NCBI GenBank assembly: GCA_046262595.1
Contig: JBHEMM010000039.1
Location: 1 to 19,793, forward strand
DNA: 19,793 nucleotides
Reading direction: 5' to 3'
Source: Vulcanimicrobiaceae bacterium
GTDB taxonomy: Bacteria > Vulcanimicrobiota > Vulcanimicrobiia > Vulcanimicrobiales > Vulcanimicrobiaceae
Shown one piece after another: positions 1 through 9,602 of this stretch; position 1 is the stretch's first letter; each line of letters begins with the position of its first letter. The notes below the pieces were generated by a model. The model saw only the letters and a program-made list of their open reading frames with translations, ran no database searches and was not told the origin of the DNA. The position numbers were made by a program, and so were the translations under genes.

Positions 1-12
1 GGCGTTGAGGCG

Positions 13-1182
13 TTAAGCGCGTACGAAAAACGCTTTCAGGTACTCGGTTTGCGGCATCGCGGGATGAACGGGATGGTCGGGGCCGTGCGCGTGATGTTCG
101 AGGATCTGCGCACGCCTGCCGGCATCTTTTGCGGCGCCCAAAATGGCGCGTTGGAGCATGGCGGGCTCGAGGTGGTGCGAGCACGAGCATGAAACGAGCG
201 TGCCCGAACCGGCGAGAACCCGCAGCGCAGAACGGTTCAAACGCTCGTAAATTTTTTGCCCTGCGGCTGTGTCCTTACGCCGCTTGATCAATGCGGGCGG
301 GTCCACGATCACCACGTCGAACGCGCGCCGCTGCGCCGCAAACGACTCGAGCACTTCGAGCGCATCGCCGCGCACCGTTTCAATAGCCACGCCGTTCTGC
401 GCAGCGTTCGCATCCGCACACTCGAGCGCCGATGCGGAGCTGTCGCTGCATACGACGCTCGCGGCTCCGAAAAGCGCTGCCCGCACGCCCCACGAGCCGA
501 TATACGAATAAAGGTCGAGCACCCGTTTGCCGCGCACGTACCGTTCCAGCCGCGAACGGTTATCGCGCTGATCGTAAAAGTAGCCGGTCTTTTGCCCGGC
601 GCGCAGGGGCGCGGAAAAGCGCGCATTGTCCTCGATCACCTCGGCGAACTCCGGCACCTCGCCGATCGTTTCATCGAACGCCTCAATGCCTTCGATTTGC
701 CGCACGGAGCCGGCGCTGCGCACGAGAATGCCGCGCGCGCCGGTAAGCGCCTGCAGCGCGCCGAGCACGTCGTCTCGCATCTTGACGATGCCGGCGGTGT
801 TGAGCTGCGCGACGAGCACGTCGCCGTACCGGTCGACGATCAAACCCGGACAGCCGTCCGACTCGCCGTAGACCGCGCGGTAATGCGGCGTGGAGTAGAT
901 CGATTCGCGCAGGGCAAACGCGCGGCGCAGACGCGCTGTCCACCACGCCCGGCCGATCTCCGCCTTTGCGTCGGCCGTGAGAATGCGTGCGCAAATCAGC
1001 GCGCCAGGATTCACGTACGCCTTGCCCACCGTCTTGCCGTACGAGTCGCGCACGACCGCAAGTTCGCCCGCGCCGAATGCGGAAAGCGGCGATTTACCGA
1101 CGTCGACTTCATTGCTGAACACCCACGCATGGCCCAGACGCACGCGGCGGTCCGTGCGGGGCAAAAGCACTAAGTCGGGCAT
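13..1182 (-). CDS. rlmI: RlmI-like class I SAM-dependent rRNA methyltransferase (23S m5C1962 family)
   Basis: N-terminal PUA-like GHAWVFSNEV, then GESDGCPGLIVDRYG, GQKTGYFYDQRDNR, VLDLYSYIG, DVVIVDPP, SCSCS and C-terminal EYLK. Start moved to the ATG at 1182 (MPDLVLL) behind GAGGG; the longer ORF start lies inside the upstream gene. Confidence 0.85.
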   Translation of the reverse strand: MPDLVLLPRTDRRVRLGHAWVFSNEVDVGKSPLSAFGAGELAVVRDSYGKTVGKAYVNPGALICARILTADAKAEIGRAWWTARLRRAFALRESIYSTPHYRAVYGESDGCPGLIVDRYGDVLVAQLNTAGIVKMRDDVLGALQALTGARGILVRSAGSVRQIEGIEAFDETIGEVPEFAEVIEDNARFSAPLRAGQKTGYFYDQRDNRSRLERYVRGKRVLDLYSYIGSWGVRAALFGAASVVCSDSSASALECADANAAQNGVAIETVRGDALEVLESFAAQRRAFDVVIVDPPALIKRRKDTAAGQKIYERLNRSALRVLAGSGTLVSCSCSHHLEPAMLQRAILGAAKDAGRRAQILEHHAHGPDHPVHPAMPQTEYLKAFFVRA

Positions 1183-2242
1183 CGTCCCTCGAACTCCTCG
1201 AGCGCGCGCGCCAGCGCGAGCTGCGCGCGGGCGCGCTCGAGATTGTGGTTCGGGCGATGCACCCGAAAGTACGTGTCGCCCTGCAGATGGTCGGTCAGGA
1301 AGCGCAGCGCATTTTCGTACGCGAGCACGCGTCCCGCAAGAACGAACGCACGGATCTCCGCAGCGCTCACAACCTCCGCCGCGCCGCGCGCGAGCCTGCC
1401 AGTACCGCATCCAGCAGTTCGGGTTCCACGACGACGTTGCGAGCATCGGGCTCATCTTCCGCCGAGCGCGTGGCGGCCGTGCGGATGAGCTCACCCGCAT
1501 CGTAGAGCGTCAGGCCCGGCATCACGGTATCCAAATCCACGACGCATACCGCATCGCCGCTGCGTGCATCGAACAGCACGTTCGTAATCTTCGTGTCGTT
1601 ATGCGTAGCGCGAAGCGGCACGCCGTTTTCTGCCGCGAATCGTATCAGTGCCGGTGCGAGGTGTGCCAGGTGATGCGCCTGCGCCGCCTCTGCCTGGGCG
1701 GCCTTCGCGCGGCCGCACACATCGTCTGCAGCGGCCTGCGCGAAACGCGCGTAGCGTGCGGGTGTATCGTGAAAGCCGGGGATCGTTTCGTGCAGGCGGG
1801 AGACCGGCAAATCGGCGAGCAACGCCGCAAATTCGCCGAACGCAAACGCTGCGGCGTACGCATCGCCTGCCGATTCTACGCGCGTGCGCGAGGCGGTTCC
1901 CTCAACGAACACATACGTGCGCCAGTGTTCGCCTTGCTTCGTGACAAGCAGATCGTGCCCGTCGCGCGTGCGGACAATCTGCAGGACACGCCGCTCGACA
2001 TCGCCGATACCGCGCGCAAGCAGCTTTGAGCGCATGTGCGCCGTGACATATGAGACGTTGCGCGCCAGTGCATGCGCGTCTTGAAAGACGCGCGTATTGA
2101 TGCGCTGATGCACGTACCGGGTTACCGAGCCGTTCAGGCGGTACGAGGCGAAATACGTATCGTTGATGTGGCCGCCGTCATAACGCTCGGCGCCCAGGTA
2201 TTCGCCTTCGAGCGCGAACCGGCCGGCGATCGCGGCGAGCAG
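1170..2242 (-). pseudogene. N-acetylhexosamine 1-kinase (NahK)/aminoglycoside-phosphotransferase-like kinase, interrupted by a 1-nt frameshift near 1393 (pseudogene or sequencing error)
   Basis: GGHINDTY, QRINTRVF, LHETIPGFHDT, HNDTKITN and DLDTVMPG lie in the 1367..2242 frame. RFLTDHLQGDTYF and HNLERARAQ lie in the 1170..1370 frame. Adding one base at 1393 joins them (LAG-F-ARGAAEVVSAAE). Confidence 0.75.
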
Positions 2243-3811
2243 TTAGCCGGCCTTTCGCGAGATCGACTTCGCCTGCAGAAACAGCAGCAGATAATCCGAT
2301 CCGCCCGCCTTGCTGTCCGTGCCCGACATATTGAAACCGCCGAATGGATTGCCGCCCACCAGCGCACCGGTGCACTTGCGGTTCAGGTAGAGATTGCCGA
2401 CGAAGAATTCGTCCTTTGCGCGCTCGAGTTTTTGCGGATCGCTGCTGTATACGGCTCCGGTGAGCCCGAACTCGGTGTTGTTCGCGATCTCCAGCGCGTG
2501 ATCGTAATCGCGCGCTTTGATCACCGCAAGCACCGGACCAAAAATCTCTTCTTGAGCGATTGCCGCATCGGGCGCGACGTCCGCGATAACGGTCGGCTGC
2601 AAAAAGTACCCGTCGCCGCCCGCGCGGTTTCCGCCGGCGATGAGCCGGCCTTGTTCTTTGCCCTTCTCGATGTACCCCTGAATCGTTTTCATGGCGCGCT
2701 CGTTCACGACGGGTCCCATCCAGTTCGCGCGATCGGAGGGATCGCCCACGCTGATTTTTGCAACGCGTGCTTGCAGCTTTTCCAAAAACGCATCGTAGAT
2801 CGACGCATCGACGATAGCGCGCGAGCACGCGGAGCATTTCTGTCCTTGAAAACCGAAAGCCGACACGGCAACGCCGTCCGCGGCGGCATCCACGTCGGCA
2901 TCGGCTGCTACCACGATGGAGTCTTTACCGCCCATCTCCGCAACGACGCGCTTGATCCATTTTTGGCCCGGTTGCGCTTTGGCGGCGCGCTCGTTCACGC
3001 GCAGACCAACTTCTTTGCTCCCGGTGAACGAGACGAAGCGCGTGAGCGGGTGATCGACGATCGCATCGCCGATGACGCTGCCGCTGCCCGGTATGAAGTT
3101 GACGACGCCGGCGGGCACGCCCACCTCGTGCAGCAGATCCACGAACCATGCGGCGATCACGGCGGAATCGCTCGAAGGCTTGAGCACGACGGTGTTCCCC
3201 GTCACGATCGCTGCCGACGTCATTCCGGCCATGATCGCAAAGGCGAAGTTCCACGGCGGAATCACCACGCCGGCGCCGAGCGGAATGTAGCGCAGTTCGT
3301 TCTCTTCTCCGGGGATCGGCGTAACGGATTGCGGCCCGTCATAGCGCAACGCTTCGCGAGCATAGAATTCGAGGAAGTCGATCGCCTCGGCGGTGTCCGC
3401 GTCCGCTTCGATCCAGCTCTTGCCCACTTCGTACACCATCAGCGCATCGTAGTCAAAGCGGCGCTCCCGCGCGAGTTCGGCTGCGCGGAATAAAAAGCCG
3501 GCGCGCTCTTGCGCACTGGTGTTCTTCCAGGAGCTGAAGCGCTCGTGCGCGATTTCGATCGCGCGCGCGGCCTGTTCGAGCGAGGCGGAGGCCACCTCGC
3601 CGACCACTTCGCCTGGACGAGAGGGATTGATCGAGGGGATCGTTTTCTGCGTTTCGATGCGCTCGCCGCCGATGACCAGCGGGTACGGTTTGCCGAAGCC
3701 GGCTCTTACGGCGGCCAGCGCCTTCTGCATCGCGGCGATGTCGGCGGGGTCGCTAAACGTCTTGATCGGCTCGTTGGCAAAGGGCGCGATGCGCTCGATA
3801 GTAGTGCTCAT
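2243..3811 (-). CDS. pruA: L-glutamate gamma-semialdehyde (1-pyrroline-5-carboxylate) dehydrogenase, RocA/PruA type
   Basis: FANEP N-terminus, EADADTAEAIDFLEFYAR, IPPWNF, FTGSKEVG, EMGGKD, GQKCSACSR, EEIFGPV, NRKCTGALVG and PFGGFNMSGTDSKAGG. Start set at ATG 3811 (MSTTIERI). Confidence 0.92.
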   Translation of the reverse strand: MSTTIERIAPFANEPIKTFSDPADIAAMQKALAAVRAGFGKPYPLVIGGERIETQKTIPSINPSRPGEVVGEVASASLEQAARAIEIAHERFSSWKNTSAQERAGFLFRAAELARERRFDYDALMVYEVGKSWIEADADTAEAIDFLEFYAREALRYDGPQSVTPIPGEENELRYIPLGAGVVIPPWNFAFAIMAGMTSAAIVTGNTVVLKPSSDSAVIAAWFVDLLHEVGVPAGVVNFIPGSGSVIGDAIVDHPLTRFVSFTGSKEVGLRVNERAAKAQPGQKWIKRVVAEMGGKDSIVVAADADVDAAADGVAVSAFGFQGQKCSACSRAIVDASIYDAFLEKLQARVAKISVGDPSDRANWMGPVVNERAMKTIQGYIEKGKEQGRLIAGGNRAGGDGYFLQPTVIADVAPDAAIAQEEIFGPVLAVIKARDYDHALEIANNTEFGLTGAVYSSDPQKLERAKDEFFVGNLYLNRKCTGALVGGNPFGGFNMSGTDSKAGGSDYLLLFLQAKSISRKAG

Positions 3812-3817
3812 GCCGCT

Positions 3818-3847
3818 AGCATAAGGGTTGGGCGCGGCCGCCCGCAA
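3818..3847 (-). promoter_or_regulatory. Candidate promoter for a leaderless pruA mRNA
   Basis: Minus strand TTGCGG (3847-3842), 18 nt, TATGCT (3823-3818), 6 nt, ATG (3811). No Shine-Dalgarno sequence. Confidence 0.45.
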
Positions 3848-3911
3848 CCACCGTTCTCTTACGACTCCTGGCCTAGCCGGGCTCGCTTGCCGCATGAGAG
3901 AATCCGAACGT

Positions 3912-5132
3912 ATGACCTACGATATCGCGATCGTGGGCGGCGGCATCGTCGGCCTGGCCACCGGCCGCGAGCTGCTGCTGCGCCACCCCCGGCTCAAACT
4001 CGCCGTCCTCGAAAAAGAAGAAGCCGTCAGCCGGCACCAGACCGGCCATAACAGCGGCGTGATTCATTCGGGCATCTACTACACGCCCGGCTCGCTCAAA
4101 GCCCGGCTCTGCACCGAAGGGCGGCGCGCGCTTTGGGCCTACTGCGAGCGCAAAGGCATCGAATACCGGCAGGTCGGCAAACTGATCGTCGCCACCGAAG
4201 AGCACGAGCTGCCCGCACTGCAAGCGCTCTGGGAACGCGGGCACGCAAACGGCATTGAAAACCTGGAGATGCTCGATGCGGCCGGAATTCGCGCACGCGA
4301 ACCGCACTGCGCCGGGATCAAGGCGATCTTCTCGCCGGTTACGGGCATCGTCGACTACGGAGTGGTTGCCCGCTCGTATGCCGCGGACATTGAAGAAATG
4401 GGCGGTGAGATTTTAACCGGGCGCAAAGTGAGCGACATCCAGCGGCGCGCCGGAATCACGCTTATCACGACCGGCAAAGGCGACATCGAGGCGCGCGCCG
4501 TGATCACCTGCGGCGGCCTGCAGTCGGACCGGCTGGCAAAAATGACCGGCGGCGGCGCGGATCCAAAGATCGTACCGTTTCGCGGTGACTATCTGATTCT
4601 CAAACCGGAAAAGCGCGGGCTCGTTAAAGGCAACATCTACCCCGTCCCGGACCCCGCGTTTCCGTTCCTCGGCGTGCACTTCACGCCGCGCATGAACGGC
4701 GACGTGTGGCTCGGCCCGAACGCCGTGCTCGCGTTCGCTCGCGAGGGCTACAGTTTTACCACCGTCAATCTGGGCGACCTCGTTGAATCGCTGACCTATG
4801 CCGGCTTCATCAAGATGGCGGGCAAGTACATGGCGGTCGGCATGGGGGAGATGTACCGCGACATCGTGCGTGCGGCATACGTGAAAGCGCTGCAGCGCTA
4901 CATTCCCGAATTGAAAGTCGAAGATACGCTCTCCGGGCCGTCGGGTGTGCGCGCGCAGGCGATGAACGCCGACGGATCGATGGTCGATGACTTTGTTTTC
5001 GAGGGATCGGAGGGCGTCGTGCACGTGCGCAACGCACCCTCGCCCGCGGCGACATCGTCACTCGCGATCGGCGCTTACATCGCCGATGACGCCGACGCCC
5101 GTTTCGGCTTGGAAACGGCGCTCTCACGATAA
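3912..5132 (+). CDS. lhgO: L-2-hydroxyglutarate oxidase (FAD-dependent)
   Basis: IVGGGIVG FAD motif, HQTGHNSGVIHSGIYYTPGSLKA, PFRGDY, IYPVPDPAFPFLGVHFT, GPNAV, SGVRAQA and NAPSPAATSSLAIG. Start ATG 3912 (alternative ATG 3894). Confidence 0.9.
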   Translation: MTYDIAIVGGGIVGLATGRELLLRHPRLKLAVLEKEEAVSRHQTGHNSGVIHSGIYYTPGSLKARLCTEGRRALWAYCERKGIEYRQVGKLIVATEEHELPALQALWERGHANGIENLEMLDAAGIRAREPHCAGIKAIFSPVTGIVDYGVVARSYAADIEEMGGEILTGRKVSDIQRRAGITLITTGKGDIEARAVITCGGLQSDRLAKMTGGGADPKIVPFRGDYLILKPEKRGLVKGNIYPVPDPAFPFLGVHFTPRMNGDVWLGPNAVLAFAREGYSFTTVNLGDLVESLTYAGFIKMAGKYMAVGMGEMYRDIVRAAYVKALQRYIPELKVEDTLSGPSGVRAQAMNADGSMVDDFVFEGSEGVVHVRNAPSPAATSSLAIGAYIADDADARFGLETALSR

Positions 5133-5143
5133 GGCGCCTTGGC

Positions 5144-5177
5144 GGAGCCGATGTTGGTCCGAACCAAGCCCGGCTTC
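5144..5177. other. Interrupted hairpin between the convergent lhgO and trpA 3' ends
   Basis: GGAGCCG/CGGCTTC outer stem with an inner TTGGT-CCGA-ACCAA stem. No U-tract on either side, so it is not a canonical intrinsic terminator. Confidence 0.4.
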
Positions 5178-5190
5178 GATTGTCGCCCGG

Positions 5191-5955
5191 CTACCTCAGG
5201 GACCGTGCGAACGCGCCGGCGCGCTGCGCCGCCTGTTCGCCGCGCGCCGATCCGTATGCGTCGATCAACGCGCTGCCGACGATGAATCCGTCGGCGAGAT
5301 CGCTTACCGCGGCGACGTGCGCACTGCTGCTGATGCCGAACCCGACGGCGAGCGGCTTGTCCGTTACGTCGCGCAAGGCGCCGAGCTGCTCGCGCAGCGG
5401 CGCGAAATCCGGCGTGCTGGCTGCGCCCGTCACGCCCAAACGCGAAACGACATAGACGAAACCGCCGGATTGCGCGGCAATACGCGCGGCGCGCTCGTGC
5501 GGCGTCGAGGGGGCGATGAGCAGCGGCATGCACAAGCCTTCGCGTTCGAGCGCCGCGCGCAACTGCGCGCCTTCCTCCAGCGCAACGTCGGGCACGATGA
5601 CGCCCGCCGCGCCGGCCCGTGCGGCCGCGCGCGCGAATCGCTCGATGCCGTACCGGTAAACCGGATTGAAATAGGTGAACAGCACGATGGGCGGCGCATG
5701 TGCGGCAACGCGCTGTACCAGTTCCAAAGTTTGGCTCATGCCGGTGCCGCGAGCGAGAGCGCGCGCGCCGGCCGCCGCAATCGTGGGTCCGTCGGCAAGC
5801 GGGTCACCGTACGGAACGCCAAGCTCGATCGCCGCTGCGCCCGCGTGCGTAAGCGCGTCCACGAGCATGACGGTTGTTTCCATGTCGGGATCGCCTGCCA
5901 TCACGTAGGGGATGAAGGCGGGCTTGTCTTTTTTGAAGATATGTTCGAGGGTCAA
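5191..5955 (-). CDS. trpA: Tryptophan synthase alpha subunit
   Basis: [43 protein letters not shown] and GFIVGSA. The TTG start overlaps the trpB TGA stop. Confidence 0.95.
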   Translation of the reverse strand: MTLEHIFKKDKPAFIPYVMAGDPDMETTVMLVDALTHAGAAAIELGVPYGDPLADGPTIAAAGARALARGTGMSQTLELVQRVAAHAPPIVLFTYFNPVYRYGIERFARAAARAGAAGVIVPDVALEEGAQLRAALEREGLCMPLLIAPSTPHERAARIAAQSGGFVYVVSRLGVTGAASTPDFAPLREQLGALRDVTDKPLAVGFGISSSAHVAAVSDLADGFIVGSALIDAYGSARGEQAAQRAGAFARSLR

Positions 5956-7148
5956 GGCGACGCCGGCGGGCGCAGCGTGCGGATTTGCGCAATGTCTTTG
6001 TCGCCGCGTCCACTGAGGTTCACAAGGATCAGGTCGTCCGCTCCGCGATCCGCGGCGAGCTTTCGAGCGAACGCAATGGCGTGCGCGCTCTCGAGCGCGG
6101 GAATGATGCCTTCTGTTTTTGCGAACGCCAAGAATGCTTCGAGCGCTTGCACGTCCGTCACGGGAACATAAGTCGCGCGGCCCGTTTCTTTCAAGTGCGC
6201 GTGCTCCGGGCCGACTCCCGGATAATCTAAACCGGCGCTGATCGAATGCGTGTCGATCACTTGGCCCCCATCGGTTTGCAGCAGATACGAGCGCGAACCG
6301 TGCAGCACGCCCACGCTGCCTGCGGAAAGCGCCGCCGCGGTGCGTCCGCTCGCAATGCCTTCGCCCGCGGCTTCAACGCCCCACAGACGCACGCCGGCGT
6401 CCTCGAGGAATCCGGCAAAGATACCCATTGCGTTGCTGCCGCCGCCCACGCACGCGACAACGTCGGTGGGCAGGCGGCCGAATTGTTCCAAACACTGCCG
6501 GCGCGATTCGATGCCGATCACTTTCTGGAATTCACGCACGATGTATGGGTACGGATGCGCGCCGACGACGCTGCCGATGACGTAAAACGTGTCGTCGATG
6601 CGTGCCGCCCACTGCCGGAACGCCTCGTTCGTCGCATCCTTGAGCGTCTGCGTCCCGCCCGCAACGGGATGCACCCGCGCACCGAGCAATTTCATGATAT
6701 AGACGTTGAGCGCTTGCCGTTCGACGTCGAGCGCGCCCATGTACACGTCGACGGGGATGCCGAACTTCGCACCGACGGTTGCGGTCGCAACGCCGTGCTG
6801 CCCGGCGCCCGTCTCGGCGATGATGCGCGTCTTGCCCATGCGCCGCGCGAGCAGCGCCTGTCCGACCGTGTTGTTGATCTTGTGCGCGCCCGTGTGATTC
6901 AGGTCTTCGCGTTTGAACGCGAGCCTCGCGGCGGAAACGTCCGCCGCATAGTTCAGCGCCTGATACACCGGCGATGGGCGCCCGACAAAATCGCGCAGCA
7001 TGGCGTGGTACTCATCCCAGAACTGCGCGTCCGCAAATGCCGTCTGCACCGCGCGTTCTAATTCCGCGAGCGCCTCAACGAGCACTTCGGGTACGAACCG
7101 GCCGCCGAATTCCCCGAAATAGCCGCGCGCGTCAGGCTGCATCGGCAT
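5952..7148 (-). CDS. trpB: Tryptophan synthase beta subunit
   Basis: [28 protein letters not shown] (PLP lysine), [30 protein letters not shown] and NLSGRGDKD. Start ATG 7148 or 7142. Confidence 0.96.
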   Translation of the reverse strand: MPMQPDARGYFGEFGGRFVPEVLVEALAELERAVQTAFADAQFWDEYHAMLRDFVGRPSPVYQALNYAADVSAARLAFKREDLNHTGAHKINNTVGQALLARRMGKTRIIAETGAGQHGVATATVGAKFGIPVDVYMGALDVERQALNVYIMKLLGARVHPVAGGTQTLKDATNEAFRQWAARIDDTFYVIGSVVGAHPYPYIVREFQKVIGIESRRQCLEQFGRLPTDVVACVGGGSNAMGIFAGFLEDAGVRLWGVEAAGEGIASGRTAAALSAGSVGVLHGSRSYLLQTDGGQVIDTHSISAGLDYPGVGPEHAHLKETGRATYVPVTDVQALEAFLAFAKTEGIIPALESAHAIAFARKLAADRGADDLILVNLSGRGDKDIAQIRTLRPPASP

Positions 7149-7764
7149 CCCGCACCGCTTGCACGAATGCCCGCATTTTCGCAGCGTCTTTTGCGCCGGC
7201 CGTCTCGATGCCGCTGCGCACGTCAACGGCAAACGGCCGTACGGTACGCACGCAGTCCGCAACGTTCTCGGGGGTTAGGCCGCCGCTCACGACGATTCGC
7301 CGTTTGCGCGCGATTGGTGCGAGCGCACTCCAATCGAACGCAACGCCCGTGCCGCCGTGCTTGCCGCCGGCGGACGTATCGAACAGCAGCATGGCGTTGG
7401 GGTGTCGCGCGGCAGCGTCTTGCATCTCGGCTGCATCTTCCTGTCCGGGACGCACGTGAACCGCTTTGATGACGCGCGCGCCGGCCTCGTTCACGAAGTG
7501 CGGCGCTTCATCGCCATGCAACTGCACGACAAGGCCGGGAAAAATCGCTTGCATTCGCTCGATATCGGCGAGCGCCGGATCGGCGAAAACGCCGACGGCG
7601 GTAACGAACGGCGGCAGCTCATGCGCGATCTCGCGCGCCGTACGCTCGTCAATGCGCCGCGGCGAATCCGCGAAAATCATACCGATCGCATCTGCGCCCG
7701 CGTGCGCGGCGAGCAATGCATCGCGCGCGCTCGTGCACCCGCAGAACTTTATTCGCGTGCGCAT
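7132..7764 (-). CDS. trpF: Phosphoribosylanthranilate isomerase
   Basis: [36 protein letters not shown] and VDVRSGIE. Confidence 0.93.
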   Translation of the reverse strand: MRTRIKFCGCTSARDALLAAHAGADAIGMIFADSPRRIDERTAREIAHELPPFVTAVGVFADPALADIERMQAIFPGLVVQLHGDEAPHFVNEAGARVIKAVHVRPGQEDAAEMQDAAARHPNAMLLFDTSAGGKHGGTGVAFDWSALAPIARKRRIVVSGGLTPENVADCVRTVRPFAVDVRSGIETAGAKDAAKMRAFVQAVRDADAA

Positions 7765-7770
7765 GAAAGG

Positions 7771-8571
7771 TTACGCGGGCGTGTGGACGGCGGTTTTGAG
7801 CGAAGCGATCAGGCCGGCCGGATCGTCGGAACGCATGAGAGCCTCGCCGATCAGAAAACCGCGCGCGCCGGCCGCATGCAGCCGCAGAATGTCCGTGGGC
7901 CCCTGCATGCCGCTCTCGCTTACCGCCGTCACGCCGGCTGCGACGCGCGGCAGCAGCATTTCGCTCACGCCGAGATCCGTTTCGAACGTGTGCAGATTCC
8001 GGTTGTTTATTCCCACCAGGCGCGCGCTGAGCGCCGATGCGCGTTCAAGTTCAGCGGCATCGTGCACTTCAACCAGGACGTCAAGGTCATAAGCGCTCGC
8101 TTCGGCCATGCATTCGCGCAGTGTGTCGTCGTTCAAACCTGCGACGATCAAGAGCACCGCATCGGCACCGTAAGCGGCGGACTGCGCGATCTCGTACGGC
8201 GTGCTCAGAAAATCTTTGCGCAGCAGCGGACGTGTGCTGCTCGCGCGAGCCAGCGAAAGGTAGGCAAGCTCTCCCAAGAAGTGATCGGATTCGGTCAGCA
8301 CGCTGATGCAGTCAACGCCGGCGCCGTCATAGACGCGCGCAACGTTGGCCGGCTCGAAATTGCGCGCGATAAGGCCCACCGAAGGTGAAGCGCGTTTTAT
8401 CTCACCGATGATCGCCGGTCCGTTGGAAGCGTTCAACGCCGCGAGGAAAGGGCGCCGCGCGCTTTTGCACGCGAGCGCCAAGGCGCGCACCGTATCGTAA
8501 GGTTCGATCGCCTCCTCGCGTTTCCTGACAACCGATTTGGCGGCATAGATGCGCGAAAGGATGTCAGCCAT
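7771..8571 (-). CDS. trpC: Indole-3-glycerol phosphate synthase
   Basis: EIKRASPS, ISVLT, LRKDF, GADAVLLI, LVEVHD, GINNRNL, VSESG and LIGEALMR. Start ATG 8571 overlaps the trpD stop (ATGGCTGA). Confidence 0.95.
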   Translation of the reverse strand: MADILSRIYAAKSVVRKREEAIEPYDTVRALALACKSARRPFLAALNASNGPAIIGEIKRASPSVGLIARNFEPANVARVYDGAGVDCISVLTESDHFLGELAYLSLARASSTRPLLRKDFLSTPYEIAQSAAYGADAVLLIVAGLNDDTLRECMAEASAYDLDVLVEVHDAAELERASALSARLVGINNRNLHTFETDLGVSEMLLPRVAAGVTAVSESGMQGPTDILRLHAAGARGFLIGEALMRSDDPAGLIASLKTAVHTPA

Positions 8572-9571
8572 GCGAAAACCGCCTGGCACGTTCGAAGATG
8601 GCCGACGCGCCGCCCTCGCGCAGTTGCGTGCGAGCCAGTTCGAGGCCCTCTGGTATCGTGCGCGTGCGGCCGCAAACCGTGAAGACCAGTGCTGCGTTCA
8701 GCGCAACGACGTCTGCGCGCGGCGAACGCTCACCGGCAAGAATGTTTTCAAAGGCGGCGCGACAAGCCTCGGTGCTGCCGCCGCGCAGCGCGTCGAGCGG
8801 CGCGCTGACGCCATAGTCTTGCGGATTGAGGGTCCAGCGCTCGCGCCGGTCGCCTTCGAATGCGTACACGGACGTGGGCCCTTCGCCGCCCACCTCGTCG
8901 ATACCGCTGGATGCATGGACCACCGCGCCGCTCACTCCCAGGCCGCACAGAACGTCGCCGACGAGCTGGACATGTTCCTCGCGCGCGACGCCGACGACCT
9001 GGTGCGTTGCAAAGGCAGGGTTCGTGAGCGGCCCCAGCACGTTGAAGATGGTACGCACGCCGAGCTCGCGGCGCACGGGTGCGACGTTCTTCATCGCAGG
9101 GTGGTAGCGCGGCGCAAACATGAACGCAAAGCCTGCCTCCCGCAGCATCGCCGCCGCACGTTCCGGCGCGACGTCGATCCGCATTCCCTGCGCTTCTAAA
9201 ACGTCGGCGCTGCCGCACGCGCTCGAAGCGGCGCGGTTGCCATGTTTGGCAACGGGCACGCCGGCCGCGGCTACAGTAAGTGCGGTCATCGTCGAAATGT
9301 TGATCGTGTTGGCGCCGTCACCGCCGGTGCCCACCACGTCGACAACCAGCGGCAGCCCGTGCTCGACGCGTAAGCTGCGATCGCGCATGGCTTGCGCAGC
9401 GCCGGTAACTTCTTCGAGCGCCTCACCTTTGGAAGCGAGCGCCGCGAGCAATCCGGCGGCTTGTATCTGCGTGAACGCGCCATCCATGATTTCGCCGATC
9501 ATGGCGGCCGCCGCTTCACGCGAAAGATCTTCGCGCGCGATTAGTCCTCGAAGTAAAGAGGCGTACTCCAT
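8564..9571 (-). CDS. trpD: Anthranilate phosphoribosyltransferase
   Basis: DVVGTGGDG, NIST, AKHGNRAASS..GSADVLEA, FAPRYHPAMK and RTIFNVLGPLTNP. Confidence 0.95.
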   Translation of the reverse strand: MEYASLLRGLIAREDLSREAAAAMIGEIMDGAFTQIQAAGLLAALASKGEALEEVTGAAQAMRDRSLRVEHGLPLVVDVVGTGGDGANTINISTMTALTVAAAGVPVAKHGNRAASSACGSADVLEAQGMRIDVAPERAAAMLREAGFAFMFAPRYHPAMKNVAPVRRELGVRTIFNVLGPLTNPAFATHQVVGVAREEHVQLVGDVLCGLGVSGAVVHASSGIDEVGGEGPTSVYAFEGDRRERWTLNPQDYGVSAPLDALRGGSTEACRAAFENILAGERSPRADVVALNAALVFTVCGRTRTIPEGLELARTQLREGGASAIFERARRFSHG

Positions 9572-9580
9572 GTTAAGCGG

Positions 9581-9600
9581 GCCGGGCGTTGAAGCCCGGC
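9581..9600 (-). other. GC-rich hairpin without a U-tract in the 31-nt rplQ-trpD spacer
   Basis: GCCGGGC-TTCAAC-GCCCGGC (7-bp perfect stem), followed by CCGCTTAAC and the trpD ATG. Confidence 0.6.
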
Positions 9601-9602
9601 GC

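Noticed and set aside
1183..1500. N-terminal extension of the RlmI-like ORF in the ORF track
   Set aside because: Overlaps the kinase coding region; the family-like sequence and an SD begin at ATG 1182.
2072..3493. 473-aa plus-strand ORF, and similar long plus-strand ORFs (256-1173, 977-2029, 4987-6171, 6246-7061, 7357-8388, 12542-13816, 15129-15926, 16598-17464)
   Set aside because: Antisense shadows of well-supported minus-strand genes, expected in high-GC DNA, with no recognisable motifs.
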